From NCBI GenBank assembly GCA_963768855.1, contig CAVYJM010000021.1:32001-96000 (forward strand): a stretch of 64,000 nucleotides of DNA. Direction: 5' to 3'. This document shows positions 9,035-18,635 of this stretch, in pieces (position 1 is the stretch's first letter; each line of letters opens with the position of its first letter). A program made the translations under genes and the position numbers. The notes under the pieces were generated by a model that saw nothing but the letters and a program-made list of their open reading frames with translations, ran no database searches and was not told the DNA's origin. Origin of the DNA: an uncultured Thermoplasmata archaeon (GTDB lineage Archaea; Thermoplasmatota; Thermoplasmata; RBG-16-68-12).

Positions 9035-9715
9035 CTAACGATTTAGGTGGTCCGAGGCACGCAACACGCGTCCCGTCACGCCGCGGGATTCGTCGGAGGC
9101 CAGATACACGAAGACCTCCGTGACTTGTTTCGGCTCTTTCCCTGCGAAACCTGACATCTTCGTTGCCACCAGCCCGGGATTGACGACGTTCACCCGTTGC
9201 GGCAGCTCGGCCGCCAGCTCGAGCGACAGTCCTTCCAAGGCCCATTTGCTCAACGAGTACGGGAAATACCCCGTCGCGGGACCCTTGGAGAGCCCCGACG
9301 TCACGTTAATGATCGACCCGTCCCGCGGCATGTGCGGAGCCAGATGCTTCACGAGCAGCCACGGCGCGCGGAGGTTCACGGCCATCGTGCGATCGTAGTC
9401 CTCGACGGTCCCGCGGACGGCCGGGCCGAGCCCTTCGTAGATGCCCGCGTTGTTGACGAGCACGTCCACCCGTCCGAATCCCTCCACGCACCCGCGGGCG
9501 GCCGCCTCGATTCCTTCGGACGAGGTCAGGTCGCAAGGGATCGCGAGCGCGTTGCCTCCCTTGCTGCGGATGGCGGCGGCCGTTTCCTCGAGTTCCGCCT
9601 CGGACCGCGCGAGCAGGGCCACCCGGCCCCCTTCCTCGGCGAATCGCTCCGCGACGGCCCGCCCGATCCCGCGGCCAGCACCCGTGACAACCGCGGCCTT
9701 GCCCTCGAGCCTCAC
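9035..9715 (-). CDS. SDR family oxidoreductase
   Basis: VTGAGRGIG, VLVNNAG, YSLSK (YxxxK), NPG.VAT. GTGA overlap with the upstream gene. Confidence 0.9.
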   Translation of the reverse strand: MRLEGKAAVVTGAGRGIGRAVAERFAEEGGRVALLARSEAELEETAAAIRSKGGNALAIPCDLTSSEGIEAAARGCVEGFGRVDVLVNNAGIYEGLGPAVRGTVEDYDRTMAVNLRAPWLLVKHLAPHMPRDGSIINVTSGLSKGPATGYFPYSLSKWALEGLSLELAAELPQRVNVVNPGLVATKMSGFAGKEPKQVTEVFVYLASDESRGVTGRVLRASDHLNR

Positions 9716-10338
9716 AGTTCCGCCCTCCGGATGCGCGGCAGGAGGCGGCCCGTACGGGCCATGTACGCCTCGTACGCCCCGCCGAACGCCTGCGGAGACC
9801 GCAGGAAGTCCTCCTCCAGCCCGGCCCGGTATCGCGCGAGGAAGGCGAGGAGAAGCGACACGAGGAGGAGGGGCGCGCTCAGGAAGACGAGAGCGAGGCC
9901 GAAGGCGAAGGCCGCCACCGCCGTGTACGTCGGATGGCGGACGAACGCGTACGGGCCTTCCTGGACGAGCGTCTGGCCTTCCACAACCTGAATCGAGACG
10001 GTCATGAACCGTCCGAGGGTCCGGATGGCCCAGACCGCGAGACCCCCCGCACCGGCCCAGAGGAGGAGCCCGGCGACCTGGACCACCGTGGAGCCGGGGA
10101 AGTCCCCGAGCGACGGCGCTCCATAGAACCAGCCGGGTGCGAGGGCCACGCCCAAGGTCCACAGCTGGGCCACGGCAATCGCGCCGAGCCACAGGCCCTC
10201 GACGCGCCGGGCGGGATGGCGGGACCGCATGGTCCGATCCCTCGGACCGAACGCGGATCGCCCCACCGCGGCGGCTCCCGCGGCGGGAGCGAGGAAGAGC
10301 ACGGCGCCCACGATCTGGATGGTCCCGGGGTCCAGCAT
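9712..10338 (-). CDS. Isoprenylcysteine carboxylmethyltransferase (ICMT/PEMT) family membrane protein
   Basis: LVQEGPYAFVRHPTY, EEDFL, YEAY...TGR. Confidence 0.85.
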   Translation of the reverse strand: MLDPGTIQIVGAVLFLAPAAGAAAVGRSAFGPRDRTMRSRHPARRVEGLWLGAIAVAQLWTLGVALAPGWFYGAPSLGDFPGSTVVQVAGLLLWAGAGGLAVWAIRTLGRFMTVSIQVVEGQTLVQEGPYAFVRHPTYTAVAAFAFGLALVFLSAPLLLVSLLLAFLARYRAGLEEDFLRSPQAFGGAYEAYMARTGRLLPRIRRAEL

Positions 10339-10377
10339 CCGTCCCCTCGAAGCGGCGGGGGCTAATGGGCTTGCGCG

Positions 10378-11541
10378 TCAGTTCAGCGGCGTCGCCTCGT
10401 TGACCTCGTGCACGACCTTGAGCCCCATGCGTCCCATGAGCCGCAGGCTTTCCGCGGGATCGAGACATTCCGCGGAGATGACGCCGGTCTGCGTGATCTG
10501 CCCGCGGACGAGCTGGGTCGCGAAGACCGCCGCGCCCGTGCCGACGAGGTACCCCGTCGCGGTCGCGTTGTGCCTCCGCGCGGCGTCCTCGTGCCGCATC
10601 CCAGTGTAGAGCCGGTGCCTCACCCGCCGCCCGTCCTTCAGGCCGTCGACCTCGACGACGATCATCGCGGTCCCCGTCACCTTCCCGACCAGGTCGGCAG
10701 GCCGGCGGACGAGGCTCATCAGCATCTTCCGCGGGGAGACGCTCTTCCCCTCCACGGTCACCGGCTCCTCGCTGAGCAAACCGAGGCGGTGGATCGTGTG
10801 GAGGATCTCGTACGTGGCGTCGTCGATCGCGAGCTTCAGGTCGACGTAGCGGAGCCCCTTGCCGATGAACCTGCCAAGGGTCTCCGGCTCCTCGTGGTCC
10901 ATCAGATACACGGGCTGCGGGCCGACCGGCTCGGGGAACGGGTAGATCTCCTTCCCGCTCCACGGCGGCGGCCGGACGAGGCCGCCGTCCTCGAAGTAGA
11001 GTCCCGGGCTGAACACCTCGACGAGGAACGTCTCCGGGGACCACACGACGGGCAGGGGCGTGTCCGGCGAGGAGGCGGTGTCCCCGTCGCGGATTCGGAT
11101 GGCGTTCACGGAATCGAGCGCGTCCGCCCCGTGCCGCGCGAGGACGTTGCCGAGTCCGGGATCCTCGCCGCCGCCCAGGAGCGCCGTGAGGCCCGCTTTG
11201 CGGAACTTCGCGTCGTACGGCAGCTGCTTGGACGGTTCCGACGAGAGGTCCATGTAGTGCGACCCCGCGTCGAGGCAGGCTTCCATCAGCGGGAGGTCCA
11301 GGCTGGCGTGGGCCGCGTTGATCGCGAGGTCGGCGTCCTTCAGGGCTTTGGCTAGGACGCCGACGTCAAGCCCCTTCACGGGCGCCGCCCGCGCCTTCAG
11401 GCTCCGGAGCATGGCAGCGAGAGCCCGGGCCCGCGCCGGCACGAGGTCGGTCAGGACGAGGTCGTCGATCTCCTTCAGGCGCACCAGGTGGCGGGCGGCC
11501 ACGGTCCCCATGGCTCCCGCTCCGAACAGGACGATGCGAAT
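10378..11541 (-). CDS. Saccharopine dehydrogenase-like NAD(P)-dependent oxidoreductase (probable ATT start; upstream GTG at 11580)
   Basis: RIVLFGAGAMG, HYMDLS, GGEDPGL, WSPETF, HEEPET. Confidence 0.85.
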   Translation of the reverse strand: MRIVLFGAGAMGTVAARHLVRLKEIDDLVLTDLVPARARALAAMLRSLKARAAPVKGLDVGVLAKALKDADLAINAAHASLDLPLMEACLDAGSHYMDLSSEPSKQLPYDAKFRKAGLTALLGGGEDPGLGNVLARHGADALDSVNAIRIRDGDTASSPDTPLPVVWSPETFLVEVFSPGLYFEDGGLVRPPPWSGKEIYPFPEPVGPQPVYLMDHEEPETLGRFIGKGLRYVDLKLAIDDATYEILHTIHRLGLLSEEPVTVEGKSVSPRKMLMSLVRRPADLVGKVTGTAMIVVEVDGLKDGRRVRHRLYTGMRHEDAARRHNATATGYLVGTGAAVFATQLVRGQITQTGVISAECLDPAESLRLMGRMGLKVVHEVNEATPLN

Positions 11542-11599
11542 GCTGTCACTCCTTCGACGACGGGACCGCGGCTCCCCCACGTAAAGGCTTCGCGAGACC

Positions 11600-12190
11600 C
11601 TACCCCGCAGGGGGCTTCCACGAGCTCCGGAGGAGGGCGTACATGGCCAGGTCGACGTACCGGTCCTTCGTGATCGCGGCCTCCCGGAGGACCGCTTCCT
11701 GGGCGAACCCGAGGCGCTCCGGGATCGCCCGGCTCCTGCGGTTGTCCACGTCCGCGCGGATCTCGACGCGGTTCAGCCGGAGGGATTCGAAGGCGAAGCG
11801 CACGAGGGCCTGGCAGGCTCGGGTCATGATGCCCCGGCCCTGGGTCGCCTCGCTGATCCAGTACCCGACTTCCGCGCGCCGGTTGGCCTCGTCGACATAG
11901 ACGAAGCCGATCACGCCCGCCAGTTCGCCGCGGTAGCGGATGCAGGCCTGGAACCCCTGGCCCAGGCGGACCTGCTCGCGGGAGCGCTCGATGAACGCGC
12001 GAGTGTCCGCGACGCTGCGGGTGCCGTCGACCCACGGGAGCCACCGCCGCAGGTACTCCCGGTTCCGGTCCGTGAGGGCGTACAGGTCCACGGCGTCGCC
12101 CTCGTCGACGATATCGAGATCAATCTCGCCGTCGACCGGGATGCGCGCCGGATACCGCGTGGTGAGCCGGACCGCGCCCTCGTCGTCCAT
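11600..12190 (-). CDS. GNAT N-acetyltransferase, RimL/RimJ family
   Basis: NREYLRRWLPW, AEVGYWI..QGRGIMT, N.RSRAIPERLGF.QE. Confidence 0.92.
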   Translation of the reverse strand: MDDEGAVRLTTRYPARIPVDGEIDLDIVDEGDAVDLYALTDRNREYLRRWLPWVDGTRSVADTRAFIERSREQVRLGQGFQACIRYRGELAGVIGFVYVDEANRRAEVGYWISEATQGRGIMTRACQALVRFAFESLRLNRVEIRADVDNRRSRAIPERLGFAQEAVLREAAITKDRYVDLAMYALLRSSWKPPAG

Positions 12191-12245
12191 GGAAGGGACC
12201 GGATGACGGAGGCCCCGCCATGTACTTTGCGCCGGCCGGGAAGGC

Positions 12246-12779
12246 TCAGCGGTTTCGTTTCTTTGGGGCCTTCCGCGGTGGGGCCTTCACGCCGACGTTG
12301 CGGGCGAGCTTCCGAATCTCCTTCTCGTTCATCCACTCGACCTTGAGGTACTCGAACAGCTCGCGGTCCGTCATGCCGAGCCGGCGTCCCTCCGCGAGGC
12401 AGTGTTTGTATGCCTCGATTTCCGTCGGTGTGTCCGCGTATCCGATGCCGTCCGGGAAGAGGGTCTTGCCTTCCGCGAACTGGCGGACGTGGACGAGCTC
12501 GTGGACCACGTCGAGGTAGATGTCCCTCTCCTTGCCGGTCTTGAGGTAGTGCGTGGAGACGATGAGATGTCCGTCCGCGTCGCTGACGCCCATGTAGCCC
12601 CACGGCACGGAGAAATACTCGACTCGGAGGGAGCGCAGGACCTGGCGCGTGCGGGGACCGAAGATCGCCTGGACCGCGGCGACGTCCTCGAACCCGCGGA
12701 ACCGGTCTGCGAACCGCTCGTAGTGGATGGGGACCCTACGCGGAATGTGAACCCGAGGCAGCGGCACCTTGGAGGGCAT
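12246..12779 (-). CDS. Hypothetical zincin-like protein (HExxH)
   Basis: VVHELVHVRQ followed by EIEAY. Confidence 0.65.
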   Translation of the reverse strand: MPSKVPLPRVHIPRRVPIHYERFADRFRGFEDVAAVQAIFGPRTRQVLRSLRVEYFSVPWGYMGVSDADGHLIVSTHYLKTGKERDIYLDVVHELVHVRQFAEGKTLFPDGIGYADTPTEIEAYKHCLAEGRRLGMTDRELFEYLKVEWMNEKEIRKLARNVGVKAPPRKAPKKRNR

Positions 12780-13236
12780 GGTCCGGCTCCTGTTCGGCCA
12801 GGACCCGAAGCGCTCGTTCCACATGGGGTTTGGGGTTCATGGACTTGAATGAATCCACGATCGTGCCGTCCGGCCCGATGATGTAGGTCACCCGCTTCGC
12901 CATGCCCATCAGCCCGAGGGCGTTGTACGCGCGGCAGATGTCCTTCTGCGGATCCGCGATCAGGGGGAAGTTCAGGTGGTGTTTCTCGCGGAACTCGCGA
13001 TGCGAGGCGCCGTCCTGGACGCTGACCCCGAGGACCACGGCGCCCAGGGCCTGGAACCGGTCGTGTTCGTCGCGGAAGGCGCACGCTTCCATCGTGCACC
13101 CCATCGTCATGTCCGCGGGATAGAAGTAGAGCACGACGGGGTGACCTGCGTAGTCGGCCAGATGGACGGTCCGCCCGTCCTGATCGACGCCGGTGAAATC
13201 CGGGGCCTTCGTCCCTGATGCGAGGATGTCTGCCAT
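12736..13236 (-). CDS. bcp: Peroxiredoxin, Bcp/PrxQ family
   Basis: APDF, VVLYFYPADMTMGCTMEACAFRD (PxxxTxxC), KRVTYII. Confidence 0.9.
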   Translation of the reverse strand: MADILASGTKAPDFTGVDQDGRTVHLADYAGHPVVLYFYPADMTMGCTMEACAFRDEHDRFQALGAVVLGVSVQDGASHREFREKHHLNFPLIADPQKDICRAYNALGLMGMAKRVTYIIGPDGTIVDSFKSMNPKPHVERALRVLAEQEPDHALQGAAASGSHSA

Positions 13237-13409
13237 GGTCTCCATCCGAACGACAAATCGGTGATTCATCAACCCTTGCCCAGATTCGGATGGCCGAAGC
13301 GCTGTTATCGAATAGACAAGATTACATGCGTGCTCACTCTTTATCACTCTGTTTAGGCAACCATCACATCAAAAAGGTTAATAACCATCCCGCTTCTTTG
13401 CCTCCTCCC

Positions 13410-14402
13410 ATGTCCCCGCCCGGCCCGCTCCCCTCCACGGACGAACTGCGTACCTCGTACCGTCTCGTGCGGGACGTCCGGGCACAGCGGGTCCTGCGGG
13501 TTCAAGCCGCCCTGGGCATCGCGATCCGGGAGTACCTCAACGGTCAGGGGTTCACGGAGCTCCTCCCGCCGATCATCGGTCCCGCGACGGACCCGGGCAT
13601 CCGCGGGGCGAAGCAGGCCACGATTGACTTCTACGGCCGCGAGTACACGGTCATGTCGAGCGCGATTCTCTACAAGCAAATGATGGTTGCCTCGCTCGGC
13701 CGCGTGTACTTCTTCTCGCCGAACGTGCGCCTCGAGCCCCTCGAGACGGCCGCGACGGGCCGGCATCTCGTCGAGTTCGTCCAGGTCGACGTCGAGGAGG
13801 CGGGGGCGACCTACCACGATGCGATGCGTCGCGCGGAAGCTCTCGTTGCGTACGTCCACGACTACGCGAAGACACGGCTGGCGGACGACCTCGCGGGCTT
13901 CCCGAGGACCCTCAACGGGGCGCACGCGCCGTTCCGGCGTCTCTCGTACGACGAGGCTCGGGCGATCCTCGCGGGCCATGGTCGTGAGATTCCTTACGGC
14001 ATCGAGCTTCCCTGGGACCACGAGGAGTTCCTCTCCTCCCAGTTCCGCGAGCCCTTCTTCATCACGGACTACCCACGCGGGTCCCGCGGATTCTACGACC
14101 GCGAGGATCCAGACCACCCCGGGATCCTCCGGGATTTCGACCTGATCTACCCCGAGGGCTATGGCGAGGCGATCTCGGGGGCGGAGCGCGAGCACGAGTA
14201 CGCGAAGGTCATCGCCCGCCTCCGAGAGGCCGGCGAGAACCCGTCGAAGTACGAATGGTACCTCGACATGCTCCGCGAAGGCATCCCGCTCTCCTCGGGC
14301 TTCGGGATCGGCGTCGAACGCCTGACGCGTTACATCTGCGGCCTCAGGGCGGTCTGGGAAGCGAGGCCGTATCCCAAGGTCGCGGGCGTCTTCTCCCCCT
14401 AG
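13410..14402 (+). CDS. asnA: Archaeal asparagine synthetase A (class II aaRS-like catalytic domain without anticodon domain)
   Basis: TDPG, MSSAILYKQ, VRLEP...RHLVEFVQVDVE (motif 2), GEAISGAERE, SGFGIGVERL (motif 3); no N-terminal OB fold. Confidence 0.85.
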   Translation: MSPPGPLPSTDELRTSYRLVRDVRAQRVLRVQAALGIAIREYLNGQGFTELLPPIIGPATDPGIRGAKQATIDFYGREYTVMSSAILYKQMMVASLGRVYFFSPNVRLEPLETAATGRHLVEFVQVDVEEAGATYHDAMRRAEALVAYVHDYAKTRLADDLAGFPRTLNGAHAPFRRLSYDEARAILAGHGREIPYGIELPWDHEEFLSSQFREPFFITDYPRGSRGFYDREDPDHPGILRDFDLIYPEGYGEAISGAEREHEYAKVIARLREAGENPSKYEWYLDMLREGIPLSSGFGIGVERLTRYICGLRAVWEARPYPKVAGVFSP

Positions 14403-14658
14403 GCAGTCGTGTCGACGAGCGAACCCGTTTCCAAGCTGCACATGAAGTTCGCTTCCGTCTGGAGCGCCGCGTCCGCGGGAGAGGACTTCCCTGAGGCCAC
14501 CCAGACGGAAATCCGAACGTTCGTCTCGACCCTCGGGGAGTACCGTCTCCTGGACCTGCCCCGGGAAGACGTTGGTCCGTTCTCGTGAGATCTTGCGGGC
14601 GGCCTAAATGTCCCCTCCGTGGACGCCTGAAATCTCACGATTGAAGTAGGACGGAGGC

Positions 14659-15183
14659 TTGGCCCGGAACGTGGCCAGATTCGTCCGGTACGGGCCCGCC
14701 CCCCGCTACGGCATGCCCGAAGCCGGCTTCTGCGCCTCCTCGTTCGTGATCGTCCGGAAGGGGACGAAGGTCCTCGCGGGCATCCCCCGGGACCAGCGCA
14801 AGTGGCGGAATCAGTGGCAGCCGAACATCAACGCCTACAGCCCGCGGGACCAAGAGGCCGAATTCAATTCGTGGCGCCTGCCCGCCGCCTTTCTGTTCGA
14901 GGGCGAGCACCCCACGGACGCGGCCCGGCGCGTGATGAGAGACCAGCTCCGGATCGGCGCGAAGAAGCTTGGTCCGCCGGAGATCTTCTCGTTCTACGAC
15001 AAGAGCACCTGGTACCCGGGCCACCGGCACTACGATCTCTGTTTCGTGTACGAGGTCCGCGGCACGCAGCCTCGGACCCTGCCTCCATGGTGGCAGCGTC
15101 TCGAGTTCGTCGAACCGCGCTTCCTCCGGTCGGAGGAGCTCGGGAGCGCGATGAACGACCTGGTTCAGCAGCTCCGGTTCTGA
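14659..15183 (+). CDS. Degenerate Nudix-fold protein
   Basis: WRLPA.FL.EGEHPTDAARRVMRDQL, a Nudix-box-like segment lacking the REUXEE glutamates; HYDLCFVYE. Confidence 0.6.
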   Translation: MARNVARFVRYGPAPRYGMPEAGFCASSFVIVRKGTKVLAGIPRDQRKWRNQWQPNINAYSPRDQEAEFNSWRLPAAFLFEGEHPTDAARRVMRDQLRIGAKKLGPPEIFSFYDKSTWYPGHRHYDLCFVYEVRGTQPRTLPPWWQRLEFVEPRFLRSEELGSAMNDLVQQLRF

Positions 15184-15307
15184 GAGGCGTCACCGGAGCC
15201 CGTCCATCATTCGGAGGACGACGGGCCGCCACGCTTGGATGAATTCGTACGCCTGGTCAACCGTCATCCCCTTGTAGGGGTGCAGGAGACGGATGAACCT
15301 GTGGCGC

Positions 15308-16888
15308 TCAGCGGCTCCCGCGTCGCCGGTCCCGGAGAACCATCCGGGCCGCATTGCGCCCGGGCGCCCCGGTGATCCCGCCGCCCGGGTGGGCGCCTGA
15401 TCCGCAGAGATAGAGGCCCGCGATTGGCGTGCGATACTGGCTCCAGCCGGGCGCGGGCCGCAGGACGAGTTGCTGGTTCAACGTCATCTCTCCGTGGTAG
15501 ATGTGGCCGTCGGTGAGGCCGAACCGGTTCTCGAGGTCCAGCGGAGTCAGGACTTCCCGCGCGAGCACGAGCCCACGGAATCCAGGGAGGTGTTCGTCCA
15601 GGAGATCGGTCACCGCGTCGCCCAGTTCCTCGCGACCCGCTTCCCAGTCCCCTTTCTTCCGGTGGTACGGCTCATACTGGACCGCGACTGACATCACATG
15701 CTTGCCCGCAGGGGCGAGATCCGGGTCCATGAGGGAGGGGATCGTGATGTCCAGGAACGGGTCCTCCGAGGGCGCGCCGTATTTCGCGTCGTCGTACGCG
15801 TGCTCGAGGTACTCCAGGGAAGGTGCGATCCGGAGATGCGGCGCGACCACGACGTCGTCGCCGGGAACAGACGGAGCGCCGTCCAGGGCGAAGTTCACCT
15901 TCGCGACGACGCCTTCCGTCTGGAAGTGGCGGATGTAGTCGAGGAAGTCCCGGGGTAGCTCCGCGGGGTCGACGAGCCGGAGGAACGTGCGCTTCGGGTC
16001 GGCGTTCGAGAGGACGATCGGTGCGAGGAGGATCTCTCCGGAGACGAGCTGGACGCCGCTCGCACGCCCGTCCTTCGTGAGGACCTGCAGGACCTCCGCG
16101 TCGGTCCGGATGACGGCTCCGGATTCCTGGGCGGCGGACGCCAGGAGCCGGGTGAGGTTCCCCATCCCGCCGCGGACGAACCCCCAGCCTGTGCCGTGCA
16201 CCGCGGGGGCGTAGTGGTGGAGGAGACCGAACGCGGTCTCCGGGGAATACGGGCCGCGGAACGTCCCGGCCAGCGCGTCGACCGCGAGGCTGGCCTTGAG
16301 CCGCTCGCCCTCGAACCACTCGTTGAGCACGGCCCGCAGGCTCATGGGCACCATGCGGATCGCCTGGTTCATCACGTCGACCCCGGATCGGCGCAGCTTG
16401 AGCCCGCGGCGGAGGAGCGTCAGCTGGTCCACCCATCTCCAATCCGCCACCTCTGGGGGAGGCGCCACGAGGAGCGGGTCGATGATGCTCGCGAGGGTCG
16501 TGAGGAGGGAGTGGAACGCGGGGAAGGCGGCGGCGTCGTGCTGCGAGGACGCGGCGATCTCCTGCGCCGAGCGCGCGGGGTCCCGCCAGATCCTCAGTGG
16601 CTTCCTTTCCATGCCGAGGACGACGACCTCTGGGTCGATTGGGAGGATCTGCAGACCGCGCTGGGCCAGTCCGAGCTCCTGGACGATTTCAGGTCGCAGG
16701 TTTCCGCAGAGGCTCGCCCCCGGGAGGCCTCGGAACCCCGGATAGAACTCCTCCGTGGTCGCCGCCCCGCCGACGATGGGCCGGCGTTCCAGGACGAGGA
16801 CGCGGTGCCCTGCACGAGCCAGGTACGCAGCGGCGACCAGCCCGTTGTGCCCGGCCCCGATGACGATCACATCGTACCCGGAGGGCAC
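15308..16888 (-). CDS. FAD-dependent oxidoreductase, PYROXD2/phytoene-desaturase-like (paralog 1)
   Basis: DVIVIGAGHNGLVAAAYL, GGAATTEE, GGMG, SNADPKRTF, GHIYHGE, YLCGSGAHPGGG. Confidence 0.9.
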   Translation of the reverse strand: MPSGYDVIVIGAGHNGLVAAAYLARAGHRVLVLERRPIVGGAATTEEFYPGFRGLPGASLCGNLRPEIVQELGLAQRGLQILPIDPEVVVLGMERKPLRIWRDPARSAQEIAASSQHDAAAFPAFHSLLTTLASIIDPLLVAPPPEVADWRWVDQLTLLRRGLKLRRSGVDVMNQAIRMVPMSLRAVLNEWFEGERLKASLAVDALAGTFRGPYSPETAFGLLHHYAPAVHGTGWGFVRGGMGNLTRLLASAAQESGAVIRTDAEVLQVLTKDGRASGVQLVSGEILLAPIVLSNADPKRTFLRLVDPAELPRDFLDYIRHFQTEGVVAKVNFALDGAPSVPGDDVVVAPHLRIAPSLEYLEHAYDDAKYGAPSEDPFLDITIPSLMDPDLAPAGKHVMSVAVQYEPYHRKKGDWEAGREELGDAVTDLLDEHLPGFRGLVLAREVLTPLDLENRFGLTDGHIYHGEMTLNQQLVLRPAPGWSQYRTPIAGLYLCGSGAHPGGGITGAPGRNAARMVLRDRRRGSR

Positions 16889-16890
16889 GG

Positions 16891-18483
16891 TCACCTCCTC
16901 CACACGGACCAGTCGTTGAGCATCTCCCGCGCGGCGTTGTAGCCCGGGGCGCCCATCACGCCGCCCCCGGGGTGGGCTCCGGAGCCGCAGAGGTACAGCC
17001 CCCGGACCGGGGTGCGGTACTGGGCCCAGCCGGCCACGGGCCGGAGGAAGAACAGCTGATTCGGCGTGAGCTCCCCGTGAAAGATGTTGCCCTCGGTGAG
17101 CCCGATTGTGCGCTCGAGGTCCAGCGGCGTGAGCACCTGCCGTCCCACAATCGCCTTCGGGAGGTTCGGGGCGAACTGGGCGAGCGTCTCGACGACCGTG
17201 TCGCCGAGTTCCTCCCGCTTGTCGTCCCACGTACCGTTCTTCAGATGGTAGGGGGCGTACTGGACGAAGATGGACATGATGTGGTTACCCGGCGGTGCCA
17301 TGCCCGGGTCGATCGCGGAGGGCACCATGACGTCCATGTAGGGGTGCTGGGAGAAGTTCCCGTACTTCGCGTCGTCGTACGCCCGCTCGATGTACTCGAC
17401 GCTCGGGCTGATTGAGACGGCCCCGTGGAGGTGCGCCCCTTCCCCCGGCAGGCACGTGAAATTCGGCGGCTCCTTGAGCGCGAGGTTCACCTTCGCACTG
17501 GACCCTTCGATGTTGTACGCCTCGATGCCGCGGACGAAATCCCCCGGGAGGAGGTTGCGGTCGAGCATCTGGAGGAACGTGCGCTTGGGGTCGACGCCCG
17601 ATGCGATGATGTGCGAGGCGATCCGTTCGCCGCTCGCCAGTTCGACGCCGGTCACCCGGCCATCGGCGACGAGGATCTGGCGCACCTCGGCGTTCACGCG
17701 GATGTCCGCGCCGAATCCGCGTGCCGCGGAGGCGATCGACTCGCTGACCATGCCCATGCCGCCCTTCACGAAGCCCCAGGCGCGGAACGCGCCGTCGACT
17801 TCTCCCATGTAGTGGTGGATCAGGACGTACGCGGTCCCGGGAGACCGCGGCCCCAGAAAGGTCCCGATGATCCCGCTCGCGCACATCGTCCCCTTGAGCG
17901 CGTCCGTCTCGAACCATTCATCCAGGTAGTCCGCGCTCGACATCGTCATGAGCCGCGCGAAGGTGTACAGGGTCTCCTGGTCCGCGCTCCGGAACTGGCC
18001 GCGGAGCTCGAGCATCCTCCGCAGGTTCGCGGGGTTCATCGAGCCGAGGTCGGGCGGCGTCATGCCGATCTGCGGCTTGACAAATTTCGCGATCTTGACC
18101 ATGAGCTGCCCGAACTTCGGGTACGCCTCCGCGTCACGCTTCGAGAATTTGGAGATCTCCTTGCGGTTCTCCTCCGGATCCGCTCCGCGGAACAGGTAGC
18201 GGCCGTCCTCGAGCGGCGTGAGCGTGGATTCGACCGGGATGATCTGGTAGCCATGGGCTGGAAGGTTCAGGTCCCGGATGATCTCCGGCCGGAGGAGGCT
18301 GCAGACGTAGGAGCAGACCGTGAACTTGAACCCGGGGACGATCTCCTCCGTGACGGCGGCGCCCCCGACCAAGTGGCGGCGCTCGAGCACGAGGACCTTC
18401 TTCCCCGCGCGTCCCAGGTACGCCGCGGTGACGAGTCCGTTGTGGCCTCCGCCGATGACGATCGCATCGTACGCCTGGGCCAT
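16891..18483 (-). CDS. FAD-dependent oxidoreductase, PYROXD2/phytoene-desaturase-like (paralog 2)
   Basis: DAIVIGGGHNGLV, GGAAVTEE, VKGGMG, GNIFHGE, YRTPV.GLYLCGSGAHPGGG. Confidence 0.9.
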   Translation of the reverse strand: MAQAYDAIVIGGGHNGLVTAAYLGRAGKKVLVLERRHLVGGAAVTEEIVPGFKFTVCSYVCSLLRPEIIRDLNLPAHGYQIIPVESTLTPLEDGRYLFRGADPEENRKEISKFSKRDAEAYPKFGQLMVKIAKFVKPQIGMTPPDLGSMNPANLRRMLELRGQFRSADQETLYTFARLMTMSSADYLDEWFETDALKGTMCASGIIGTFLGPRSPGTAYVLIHHYMGEVDGAFRAWGFVKGGMGMVSESIASAARGFGADIRVNAEVRQILVADGRVTGVELASGERIASHIIASGVDPKRTFLQMLDRNLLPGDFVRGIEAYNIEGSSAKVNLALKEPPNFTCLPGEGAHLHGAVSISPSVEYIERAYDDAKYGNFSQHPYMDVMVPSAIDPGMAPPGNHIMSIFVQYAPYHLKNGTWDDKREELGDTVVETLAQFAPNLPKAIVGRQVLTPLDLERTIGLTEGNIFHGELTPNQLFFLRPVAGWAQYRTPVRGLYLCGSGAHPGGGVMGAPGYNAAREMLNDWSVWRR

Positions 18484-18635
18484 CCTCGCTCCGCCTCCCG
18501 CCGCCGCGACCTCGAGCGATTCGGAATGAACGAGTTCCATTTAACAATTCGTCTCAAGGGGCTCCGAATTTCGCCGCTCCTAAAGCTTTAACCGAACTCG
18601 AGGCTTGCCCATCCGGCGTCGTCGGGAGGAGAGGC

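Noticed and set aside
9712-10338. ICMT acting on a prenylated Rab-like GTPase
   Set aside because: The GTPase has no C-terminal cysteine, the genes are 25 kb apart, and ICMT-family proteins are widespread in prokaryotes.
14409-14588. 59-codon plus-strand ORF after asnA
   Set aside because: No motif or clear SD; it cannot be distinguished from a chance ORF.
15190-15300. Short minus-strand frame MTVDQAYEFIQAWRPVVLRMMDGLR after the flavoprotein
   Set aside because: Only about 25 codons with no SD; possibly a gene remnant but unsupported.
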